From a virus (taxonomy: Duplodnaviria; Caudoviricetes), in the IMG/VR virus record IMGVR_UViG_3300048838_000781, positions 1 through 61,225 of that record: 61,225 nt of DNA; one strand, 5' to 3'. A program made the translations under genes and the position numbers. Each line of letters opens with the position of its first letter. Positions within the stretch are counted from its first letter, which is position 1. Shown here in pieces: positions 17,694 through 25,798 of the stretch. Under the pieces are notes generated by a model. It searched no databases, was not told where the DNA came from, and worked only from the letters and a program-made list of their open reading frames with translations.

Positions 17694-18695
17694 ATGAAGC
17701 GCTTTCTCCCAGTCTTTTTCGTTGTGGCCTTGGGGTCGTTCGGGCTGTCGTCAGCGTTTGGCCAAACTATCGAGGCGTGTAGCGGGCCAGGAAGCGTCCG
17801 TTACGACGACGGGACGTTTGAGGCCGCCTACTACGAATGGGGGTTCACGTTTCCAGAGCCTCCACCATTCCGGACCTACGTGATGGCAATCGATTCACCG
17901 GATCCGGGCAGCCTGTTGACCAAGATCTGCATCGCATGGAACCACTTCCTGTCCGGAGTTGGACCCGCGGATGACTTTTCTTTTGACATCAACATCTGGG
18001 ATTCGAATGGCCCGGGTGGTGGTCCGGGCACACTCTTGGCAAGGCTCAGAAACGTGAATGACGCGCCGTTTCCGCCGCGTCCGTCATGGCGCCAATATGA
18101 CGTTTCATCGCTTGGGATTCGCCCAGCCGGGAGGGTCTTTGTCGGGCCTGTTTGGGCCCCAACCGAGACCGGTCGGGTTCAAATAGCCGCTGACGAGAAC
18201 GGTCCAACTTTCCAGCCCGGATATGGCGGCCGAGTCGAAACGGCAGCATCGACTCCAGATCGAGCGCTGGGAGAGATCGGTGCCTTCCCGAGCTATCGGA
18301 CCCTTGGGATTCGGTCACTCTTTGAGGATACGCAGTCTCAGCAATGCGTCCCGAACGCGAGCACACTCTGCCTCGTCAATGGACGATTCAAGGTCGAGAT
18401 CGCATGGGAGACCAACACCGACTCGGGCGTCGGTCAGGCACGCACGATTCCGGGCGTCGATTTCTCGGGCCTCTTCTGGTTCTTCAACTCGGACAACCTT
18501 GAGATGCTCGTGAAAGTCCTCGACGCCTGCGCGCTCAACCAGAAGTTCTGGGTCTTCTATGCGGCCACGACCAACGTCGGGTTCGACATGACAGTCACCG
18601 ATACCACTACCGGCGTCGAGAAGATCTACCGGAACAATCGCGGCACCGCCGCGCCGCCAGTCCAGGACACCGAAGCGTTCTCCTGCAACCCGTGA
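17694..18695 (+). CDS. Secreted host-like protein (moron) with a Cys-containing C-terminal beta domain
   Basis: AAGGAG RBS, signal peptide MKRFLPVFFVVALG...AFG; C-terminal CVPNASTLCLVNGRFKVE...FWFFNSDNLEMLVKVLDAC...FWVFYAATTNV. Confidence 0.85.
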   Translation: MKRFLPVFFVVALGSFGLSSAFGQTIEACSGPGSVRYDDGTFEAAYYEWGFTFPEPPPFRTYVMAIDSPDPGSLLTKICIAWNHFLSGVGPADDFSFDINIWDSNGPGGGPGTLLARLRNVNDAPFPPRPSWRQYDVSSLGIRPAGRVFVGPVWAPTETGRVQIAADENGPTFQPGYGGRVETAASTPDRALGEIGAFPSYRTLGIRSLFEDTQSQQCVPNASTLCLVNGRFKVEIAWETNTDSGVGQARTIPGVDFSGLFWFFNSDNLEMLVKVLDACALNQKFWVFYAATTNVGFDMTVTDTTTGVEKIYRNNRGTAAPPVQDTEAFSCNP

Positions 18696-18700
18696 GTACC

Positions 18701-19015
18701 ATGAAGACTGCCACCGTCGACGGCAGGCCGGTCTACGAGAGCGCCTACCACGGTCGCCACGATCTCGACTTCATGATCCGTTGTTGCGTCGCAGAACTTG
18801 AGGCTGCAGCGAATCCTTCGAACGCTGGACTGGTCCCGGCTCCGTACTGTTTCCGCCGGGTGATGGTCCTCTCGAGGAAGGCGAAGAACCCGACCCTCGG
18901 CGAGGACTTCCGTCGCCGCTACGTCGAAGCGCTCGAGCAAGCGCTGAGGCATTACCCCGAGAGTGACGTTGCACGAGCGCTCTACCATGAGTTCGCTGGG
19001 GCAGAAGCCACGTGA
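18701..19015 (+). CDS. Hypothetical helical protein
   Basis: ORF with MIRCCVAEL...PAPYCFRRV..LSRKAK. Confidence 0.6.
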   Translation: MKTATVDGRPVYESAYHGRHDLDFMIRCCVAELEAAANPSNAGLVPAPYCFRRVMVLSRKAKNPTLGEDFRRRYVEALEQALRHYPESDVARALYHEFAGAEAT

Positions 19016-19118
19016 GCGACAGATCGCGGCCGGGCGGCAGGCCGAGATCGTGAAGTTCGAGTGCGACTACGACGCGTTGCCGTGAGAGCTGACCCGCAAA
19101 GAGCCCAGGAGACCAGCC

Positions 19119-19663
19119 ATGCACCAAGCCGTCATTCCGCCACCCAAACACGTTGCGGTTTCGTTCTCATCTGAAGTCATCCCGCCAACCATCGAGATCT
19201 TGCTGAAGACCTGCGCGCATCTAGCCAACAGTGGAGTTCAGCACTTGCACCTTCTGATCTCGACTCCAGGCGGCAGCGTGATGCACGGCTTGACCGCGTA
19301 TAACTTCCTGCGCGCACTGCCGCTGAAGTTGACCACGCACAACATCGGCAACGTCGATTCGATCGGAAACGTGATCTTTCTCGCTGGCGAACGCCGCTAT
19401 GCCTGCCCTCACGCGACGTTCATGTTCGCTGGGTCGAGAGAGATCTCAAGGAGAAGGTAGAGTCACTCGTCGCCGACCAGAAGCGGATTGCCAGCGTAAT
19501 GGTCGAGCGCTCCAAGCTCCAGCTTGCTGAGATCGAAGAGATGTTCCTGGAGGGTAGGACCAAAGATCCCCAGTTTGCCCTCGAAAAGGGGATTATCGAA
19601 GAGATCCGAGACGTCCAGCTCCCTCCGGGCACGCCCATAGAGCAGCTCGTATTCCAGCGTTAG
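19119..19663 (+). pseudogene. ClpP-like (S14) peptidase, frameshifted by an internal deletion
   Basis: ISTPGGSV..GLTAYNFL...NVDSIG..IFLAGERR...FMF, break at about 19427, then another frame VERDLKEK...DQKRIA...FALEKGIIEEI to TAG 19661-19663. Confidence 0.8.
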
Positions 19664-19748
19664 AGATTCGTTCGGCGGGAAGAGCGCCGTCAATTCCATG
19701 GTCATCTCCCCCTTCGTTGAATCTAGGATCATACACCTCGATACCGAA

Positions 19749-19937
19749 TCAGCGTTGGCGCTGACGCTGGAGGATCTCAAGCGCGGAGACTTGGCGCTGG
19801 GACAGCTGAATCAGGAGATCCAGTTGCGCGCTGATGCGATCCAAAGCCGCGACGGCTGAAGTCTCACGGCTGACCTGTTCTGCAAGCTCTTGCAGCGGTT
19901 TCGCGTCGATGACAAAGGGCAGCTCGAACGTCGCCAT
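19749..19937 (-). CDS. Small coiled-coil hypothetical protein
   Basis: 62-aa ORF, heptad-like. Confidence 0.4.
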   Translation of the reverse strand: MATFELPFVIDAKPLQELAEQVSRETSAVAALDRISAQLDLLIQLSQRQVSALEILQRQRQR

Positions 19938-20185
19938 GGCTCGGAACGTAGCACGCGGCCGATAGCCGCGTCAAAGCTTCACTCGTCGCCGTCGAGCTTC
20001 TGCTGCACGAGGATCACCTTGCCGATGATCACATCGCGTAGTTGCCGGCCTGAGAGCGGCACCGTGATCGATAGGCATCGGCCGATCGGCTGACCTTGTC
20101 CCGGTTTGACCTCCGTCTGACCCCCATCCAGTAGAGGCCTCGCACGCATGCCGCGTCGCGAAGGACCTCGCTGGAGGACCAGACC

Positions 20186-20386
20186 ATGGTCAACTCTCGT
20201 CGCGTCGTCGCTTCCACGCTCGCCCTCGTCACCGCCCTGACCCTCGCACCCGTCGCTTCCGCGGCCGGCATCGATCAGGGTGGCTGGTGGAGCGCGTTCG
20301 AGCGACTCGCCACCCGCATCGCTCTCCTCGTCGGGATCTCCCCCGACAAGGACGACGGCCGGGCCGACATGGACGGCAACGGTTGA
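20186..20386 (+). CDS. Secreted pre-peptide (candidate signalling peptide)
   Basis: GGAGG RBS; signal peptide ending ASA-A; amphipathic WWSAFERLATRIALLVG; C-terminal DKDDGRADMDGNG. Confidence 0.75.
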   Translation: MVNSRRVVASTLALVTALTLAPVASAAGIDQGGWWSAFERLATRIALLVGISPDKDDGRADMDGNG

Positions 20387-20445
20387 GTACACGTCGGGGC
20401 GGGAAACGTTGCACCCGTTCCCGCTCCGACCTATCATCCCCGGCA

Positions 20446-21552
20446 ATGTCTTCGGACTACGCTAGCCCCTTCCAGCGCGCCTTGACGGATGCGGCTCGAA
20501 CCGCCGCGGAGAGGTCCGCCGACCGCCGCCGGCGAGGTCCCGCGTACCTGATGGCTCGGGCTGAGATCCAGCACGAGGCGAAGAAGGATCCGCGCGTCGG
20601 CTCCCAGCTCGTCGACGAGCTGCTCGACCACTGGTGGAGCCGTCGCTTCGATCCGCCGTTGATCGCCCTCGACGGAGCGAACCAGGCCCTCGAACTGGTC
20701 GAATCGATCGCCGACGTGTGGGACAGCTACGAGGCCGATCGTTTGCGCTCCCGCTGCCGGCTGATTCGAGGAAATGCACTCCGGCAGCTCGGGCGCCACG
20801 ACGAGGCGATGCACGAGCTGCTCGAGGCGGAGGACCTCGCCGACCGCCAGACGCCGGAGGAGGCTCGGTCCCGCGACGTGCGGCTCACCCTACTGCTTGA
20901 TCTCGGTCGCTGGGATGACGCCCTCTGGCTCTCGAGTCGCGTGATCGCCTCATGGAGGCTGCTGCGCGATCCCTCCCGCGTCGAGAACGCACGGCTCCAG
21001 CGAGCTCGGGCCCGACGCCACACCGGCGACGTCTCGGGCGCGCTGATGGACTACTCGAAGCTCTTGCGCACCGCAACGGATCCTCTGATCGTCCTCCTCG
21101 CGTCGCACAACGTCGCCGACATCCTCACGAGCCTGGAGCGCTGGGGAGGAGCCCTCGAAGTCATCGAACTCGCCGAGGAGTATTACCGCGACCACGGCAA
21201 GCCGGTGATTCTCCTTCGCCGCCAATGGCTACTGGGCCGGATTCACGCCGGCCTCGGTGATCCCGATCGCGGCGAGCAGATGCTGATGAAGGTCTACCAG
21301 CAGCAGATCGCCGAGGGCCGACTCGTGGACGCTGCGGAGTGTGCGCTCGACCTCTGCCGGATCTATCGCGACCAGGGCCGCTGGCCGGTGCTGATGCGCA
21401 CCGCGCGAGCCGCCGCCGACCAGCTGGAGCGCGCGGGCGTGAGCCCCGATGCGGTCAAGGCGGTTCAGCTGGTTCGCGACGGCGCCCGTCAGGCCTCGGT
21501 GACGTTTGAGCTGATTCGGCGAGCGCAGGGCCTGATACGGAAGCTCCCATGA
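20446..21552 (+). CDS. TPR-repeat protein (candidate peptide receptor)
   Basis: Repeated helices RGNALRQLGRHDEA, LLLDLGRWDDAL, LLGRIHAGLGDPDRGE, LCRIYRDQGRW; 368 aa from ATG 20446. Confidence 0.85.
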   Translation: MSSDYASPFQRALTDAARTAAERSADRRRRGPAYLMARAEIQHEAKKDPRVGSQLVDELLDHWWSRRFDPPLIALDGANQALELVESIADVWDSYEADRLRSRCRLIRGNALRQLGRHDEAMHELLEAEDLADRQTPEEARSRDVRLTLLLDLGRWDDALWLSSRVIASWRLLRDPSRVENARLQRARARRHTGDVSGALMDYSKLLRTATDPLIVLLASHNVADILTSLERWGGALEVIELAEEYYRDHGKPVILLRRQWLLGRIHAGLGDPDRGEQMLMKVYQQQIAEGRLVDAAECALDLCRIYRDQGRWPVLMRTARAAADQLERAGVSPDAVKAVQLVRDGARQASVTFELIRRAQGLIRKLP

Positions 21553-21737
21553 CGATGGATGCGGGCCGTCCGGATCGCGAGACGGCTCGCAGGCTGATCG
21601 CGGAGATTGCCGAAGAAACTGCCCGAGGCCTGGCTCGCGAGCAGGGCGAACTCAGGACTGCGAGCGGCGGCGACCCGCGGCCGGTCCGGTCCTCGGGGCC
21701 AACTCGCTTGCCAACGCTTCCGCCTTTTTCGGCGTAG
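21549..21737 (+). CDS. Small ORF coupled to the TPR gene, overlapping cI 3' end antisense
   Basis: ATGA overlap with TPR stop; 86-bp convergent overlap with cI. Confidence 0.45.
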   Translation: MTMDAGRPDRETARRLIAEIAEETARGLAREQGELRTASGGDPRPVRSSGPTRLPTLPPFSA

Positions 21738-22119
21738 TGTGCCTCACCGGATCGAAATCCGTAGACTTGGACGACTCTGGACTCCCAAGAAGCTTCAGCA
21801 GGCTCCTCGCTTCTTCTTCGACCGATTGAGACTGAGCACTAAGCTCAGCCGCTCGCGTCACTAGAGCGTCAAGCCGTTCCGAGACTTGCTTCAAGTCCAC
21901 GCTCGACTCGGCCGGGCCCAATGGTTTGAGCCCGATCAAAACATCGGCGCTCAATCGGAGGATTCGGCTCATGGACGCAATAGCGTTTGCATTGGGCTGG
22001 TTGATTCCGCTGATCCACCTGTTAACCGCGGCAGGCGTCACCCCAAGGGCCAGAGCCAGATCGGTCTGGGTCACGCCCCGGTAATCTAGCGCGCGCTGAA
22101 TTGGCCTCGGCTGTTCCAT
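21652..22119 (-). CDS. CI-like XRE repressor without S24 autoprotease domain
   Basis: TQTDLALALGVTPAAVNRWISGINQP HTH, then coiled coil; divergent from cro. Confidence 0.88.
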   Translation of the reverse strand: MEQPRPIQRALDYRGVTQTDLALALGVTPAAVNRWISGINQPNANAIASMSRILRLSADVLIGLKPLGPAESSVDLKQVSERLDALVTRAAELSAQSQSVEEEARSLLKLLGSPESSKSTDFDPVRHTTPKKAEALASELAPRTGPAAGRRRSQS

Positions 22120-22191
22120 GGCGTCACAACTATAGCCGTCGCCTATTGACTTTGCGGAACAGCTCGCGCTACGCTCTATTCCGTTATGGAA
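22114..22191. promoter_or_regulatory. OR/PR/PRM-like switch region
   Basis: TTGACT(22146)-18bp-TACGCT; minus-strand TATAGT 9 nt before the cI ATG; operator-like TTCCATGGCGTCA, TGACTTTGCGGAA, TTCCGTTATGGAA. Confidence 0.7.
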
Positions 22192-22443
22192 TACCGTCGA
22201 CTCAGCGCAGTTCTTGCCTCTCACGGCCTCTCCCAGAGTGACCTTGCCGCAGAGTTGGGGGTGAGGCCTGCCGCCGTGTCTCGAAAGATCGGGGGGTCCC
22301 GTCCTTGGCGCGACGCCGAGATGAGGATTGTCGTTTCCTGGCTGTCCGGGAAGGGGGTGTTCGAGTCCCTCGACTCCCTCTTCGGAGCCGAGGCAGGCCA
22401 GGCGGACGTCGTTTCCACTCCCGCCGAGAACAAGGCGGCCTGA
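22186..22443 (+). CDS. Cro-like XRE regulator
   Basis: LSQSDLAAELGVRPAAVSRKIGG HTH; ends in KAA. Confidence 0.85.
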   Translation: MEYRRLSAVLASHGLSQSDLAAELGVRPAAVSRKIGGSRPWRDAEMRIVVSWLSGKGVFESLDSLFGAEAGQADVVSTPAENKAA

Positions 22444-22459
22444 CGTGGGGGCTTTGCCG

Positions 22460-22666
22460 ATGTCAGCCTCAGCGCGCATCGTCGGGGCCGCTTTCTCGAT
22501 TGCGCTTGGCCTGGCTCTCGACCAGTCGCTGAGCCCACGCTGCTACGTCCACCTCGAATCGAACCGAAGCACCGGCCGCGGGAATGCCCTCGCCGCCGTC
22601 TTGCCCGCGCGGATCGCCGCTCCCGTCGAATCCCTCGACCGGTTGCCGGCGCCGCCTGCCAAATAG
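22460..22666 (+). CDS. Small hypothetical protein
   Basis: ORF between cro and the CII-like gene. Confidence 0.35.
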   Translation: MSASARIVGAAFSIALGLALDQSLSPRCYVHLESNRSTGRGNALAAVLPARIAAPVESLDRLPAPPAK

Positions 22667-22679
22667 GAGCAGATCGCCC

Positions 22680-23264
22680 ATGCCGAGACCCAGGCTCCCA
22701 GTGTACGCCTCAGACGTCAATGCACTTCGAGACCGCGACTCGCAGGAGCGGGAGGAGATGCTGCAAGCGCTCTCCACTTGTGCACAGCGCCAGCGGCCGA
22801 TCAACGGCCAGGCGTCGCCGACTGCCGTGCGGTCGATCGCCAATCGCCTCCACGTCGTCGAGGAGGCCGTCTACCACCAGTGCGACGGGCAGACCGTTGG
22901 CAACCCGCTCGTCGAGCTGTGCGCCTGGATCGACGGAGCTCGCGCCGCGGGCAAGCCGGACGAGCACGCGCTGGCGCCCCTCGCCTGGCTCATCCGGCGC
23001 TACCAGCCGCAGACCACCACCGCCGCCTCTCCTGCCGAGCTGACCAGCTCGTGCACCTCGGCTCTGTCGAGCGCGGCCGCCGTCGTGCAGTCGGCTCTCG
23101 AGTCGATCGCCGAGGATGGTCCCGGAGGCGCTTCGGCGACGCCGGCCGAGCTGAAGGCATACCGGCAAGGTCGCCTCTCCCTCGATCGCCGGCTAGCCGC
23201 ACTCGATCAACAGATGGAAGAGCGTGCGAAGGCGCATCGTCCGCGTGGGGAGCAGGTGCAGTGA
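22680..23264 (+). CDS. CII-like regulatory protein (putative)
   Basis: Position after cro; AGGAG RBS; helical with HTH-like VRSIANRLHVVEEAVY. Confidence 0.55.
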   Translation: MPRPRLPVYASDVNALRDRDSQEREEMLQALSTCAQRQRPINGQASPTAVRSIANRLHVVEEAVYHQCDGQTVGNPLVELCAWIDGARAAGKPDEHALAPLAWLIRRYQPQTTTAASPAELTSSCTSALSSAAAVVQSALESIAEDGPGGASATPAELKAYRQGRLSLDRRLAALDQQMEERAKAHRPRGEQVQ

Positions 23265-23539
23265 GCGTCCCGGCGTACTTCAAGCTGGTCACGTGCCTGA
23301 TGCGGCACTTCGACGGCGAGACGGTCCCGAAACAGCTCGCCGTCAAGGTGGACGGGGATCGGCTGTACTACCACGCGGACGAGCTGGTCCGAGAGTCGGA
23401 CGAGACGATCGACTGTGCGCGCTTGATGGACCTGTACTCGGCGCTGTTCTGGTGCCGATTGAACGGTCCTGCGACGGTCTACCGCATCGCCGGCTGCGAT
23501 TGGTCCCTGGTCATTCCCAACGCGGAGCTGGCTCGATGA
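23261..23539 (+). CDS. Hypothetical protein
   Basis: GTGA/ATGA overlaps on both sides. Confidence 0.55.
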   Translation: MSVPAYFKLVTCLMRHFDGETVPKQLAVKVDGDRLYYHADELVRESDETIDCARLMDLYSALFWCRLNGPATVYRIAGCDWSLVIPNAELAR

Positions 23540-25245
23540 CCGCCGCAGCCGTCCTGCTGCCGATGGACGCAGAGCCCGAAGCGCCCCAGTCGGCACCGAC
23601 CGCCTACGACGACATCGAGGCCATGGTCTCAGCGCGCAACGCAGCGATCGAGCACTGGCGCGCGTTCTTCGTCGCCCTGGAGGGCGCCCACGAGCACCGG
23701 CGGCTCGCCCAGGACACGATGATGCAGGCCTGCCAGGGGTTCGGCTTCTCCTCGCACGTTGGAGACGACAGCATCTCGGCGTTCGCCAAGGCGACCGAGC
23801 TGCCGAGCATCGGTCGGCTCTTCTCGACCGCGGTGCAGCTTGTCGACATTCGGATGTGGTCCGCTGTCCTCGATCGCTCCGGCCTCGAGTACCTGATGGA
23901 CAAGCAGGCCAAGCAGGAGTGGTCGAAGCAACTCGCCTTCATCGCTGGTCCCGAGATCGATCCGCGAACGCCAGACGACGCGCTGGAGCCGATCGGCGGC
24001 GTCCCCGGAAAGCTCCCGCCGTTCACCGCCGAGAACGTCCGCGCCAGTATCCGCCAGTGGCGTGAGGAGTCGATCGAGACGTTCGCCCGAGGAGTCGCGA
24101 ACGTGTTCAGCGCGCTCGACTCCCGCTTCAAGTCGCACGACGGATTCAAGGTCGGCTCGCGCGTGATCCTCGGCAGGATGTTCTCCGAGTGGGGATCCTC
24201 GCGGTACGAGACCATCGATTCCTTCGTCGACGTCGAGCGTGCCTTCATGGTCCTGGACGGCGTCCCGCGGCCCGAGATCGATCCTTGGCGAGGAGTCACC
24301 GACGAGGACCTCGCCAAGATGCACCCGAAGCTCCGTGCCTGCTACCACCAGGTGGAAGGGGAAACCGCGTGGCACTTCGGCCTGTCAGGGATCCTGCGGC
24401 GCCGTCGGTCCACTCCGCACCAGTCCGAGCACGAGTCTCCCTACATGAAGGTGCGCGTGTTCAAGAACGGCAACGCGCACCTGTGGTTCAAGCGCCCGGA
24501 CCTCGTGGCTTCGATCAACGCCCTGCTCGCCGACTACTACGGCGGAGCGCTGGGCTACGGCCGTGAGAGCTACGACGAGGACGGGCAGGTCGTCGAGCCC
24601 GCCAAGACCTCGTTGCTCGACTCCGCGGTCGATCGGCCGGCAGCGAAGAACCTCGGCTTCTACCAGACCCCGCCCGAGCTCGCCGCGCGAGTGATCGAGC
24701 TTGCAGGGATCGCAGGCGGCCATCGGGTCTTGGAGCCATCGGCTGGCACCGGAGCGCTCATCTCCGCGGCCCTCAAGAGTCTGGCCCGGACCGGCAAGGG
24801 GATCGGTCCGCTGCTCGCCAGGGCGTTCGATCTCGAGGAAGTCGGCGGCCCCGTTCAGATCGTTGCAGTCGAGCTCGATCCCAAGCGGGCGGCCGGGCTG
24901 ATGGGAAGCCATCCTTGGATCCGCGTCGTACCGGGTGACTTCCTCTCGATCGAGCCTGAGCAGCTCGGCGAGTTCGACCGGATCGTGATGAACCCGCCGT
25001 TCGACCGTGGGCGAGACCTCGACCACGTCGCTCACGCTCTCCGGTTCCTCAAGCCCGGCGGCACCCTGGTTTCGATCACGTCGGCGTCTGCTCGGTATTC
25101 GTCGACGTCTCGCGGCTCGGAGTTCCGCAAGCGCCTCGAGTCCCTGCCGCACCGATGGGCGGACCTGCCGCCAGGCTCGTTCAAAGACGCCGGAACGATG
25201 GTCAACACCTGCCTGCTTCGAGTGGGGACCAACTCATGGTTCTGA
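23536..25245 (+). CDS. DUF4942-like domain fused to an amino (N6A/N4C) DNA methyltransferase
   Basis: FKSHDGFKVGSRVIL, VRVFKNGNAHLWF, FYQTP, VLEPSAGTG, IVMNPPF, FKDAGTMVNT. Confidence 0.88.
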   Translation: MTAAAVLLPMDAEPEAPQSAPTAYDDIEAMVSARNAAIEHWRAFFVALEGAHEHRRLAQDTMMQACQGFGFSSHVGDDSISAFAKATELPSIGRLFSTAVQLVDIRMWSAVLDRSGLEYLMDKQAKQEWSKQLAFIAGPEIDPRTPDDALEPIGGVPGKLPPFTAENVRASIRQWREESIETFARGVANVFSALDSRFKSHDGFKVGSRVILGRMFSEWGSSRYETIDSFVDVERAFMVLDGVPRPEIDPWRGVTDEDLAKMHPKLRACYHQVEGETAWHFGLSGILRRRRSTPHQSEHESPYMKVRVFKNGNAHLWFKRPDLVASINALLADYYGGALGYGRESYDEDGQVVEPAKTSLLDSAVDRPAAKNLGFYQTPPELAARVIELAGIAGGHRVLEPSAGTGALISAALKSLARTGKGIGPLLARAFDLEEVGGPVQIVAVELDPKRAAGLMGSHPWIRVVPGDFLSIEPEQLGEFDRIVMNPPFDRGRDLDHVAHALRFLKPGGTLVSITSASARYSSTSRGSEFRKRLESLPHRWADLPPGSFKDAGTMVNTCLLRVGTNSWF

Positions 25246-25595
25246 AGTCCCCGACGCCCCCGATCCAATTCCCGCAGGAGCCCACTCCTACGCTGACCAA
25301 GGATGCCTCCAGCGTAAGCGCCATCGAGGCGGGCTCTGGTGTTCGGCGCTGCGGCGGCTGTAATGGCGCAGAGGCACCCGGCGAATCCCGGACTCCCGAT
25401 CGTGTGGGGGAGGTCGATCCCGACCTCTCGTCGGCTGCGATCGGGAGTTCGGGAGTAGTCGTCAACTTCGACGCGATCACCTGCCCTGCATTCCGCTCGA
25501 GGCCTTGCCGCTGCCTCGATCACCGCGCTGCCAGGCACGTGATTCGCCCCGATCTCCCACTCTTCGACACCGATCCAGACGGAGACGCAGCATGA
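25236..25595 (+). CDS. Cys-containing hypothetical protein
   Basis: CGGC and CPAF..PCRC; fills the operon gap. Confidence 0.4.
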   Translation: MVLKSPTPPIQFPQEPTPTLTKDASSVSAIEAGSGVRRCGGCNGAEAPGESRTPDRVGEVDPDLSSAAIGSSGVVVNFDAITCPAFRSRPCRCLDHRAARHVIRPDLPLFDTDPDGDAA

Positions 25596-25798
25596 GCAAG
25601 AGACGGACCCTCGACTTGGTCCGCGGATCCGTTCTGATCCGTTTCCCCTACGCCGACGACGAGGGCGAATCCATTCGCTCCCTATGCCGCAGGCACGGCG
25701 CTCGGTGGTCGCCCGAGCAGAAGGCCTGGGTGATCCCAGAATCGAAGTCCGACGCCCTCGTCACTGCTCTGCGACGGCTCGAGTTCGAGGTGGTGTGA
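25592..25798 (+). CDS. Small HARP/DUF5710-like protein
   Basis: FPY...GARWSPEQKAWVIP. Confidence 0.6.
   Translation: MSKRRTLDLVRGSVLIRFPYADDEGESIRSLCRRHGARWSPEQKAWVIPESKSDALVTALRRLEFEVV

Noticed and set aside
19979-20149. Small minus-strand ORF divergent from the peptide gene
   Set aside because: No RBS or motif support sufficient to call it
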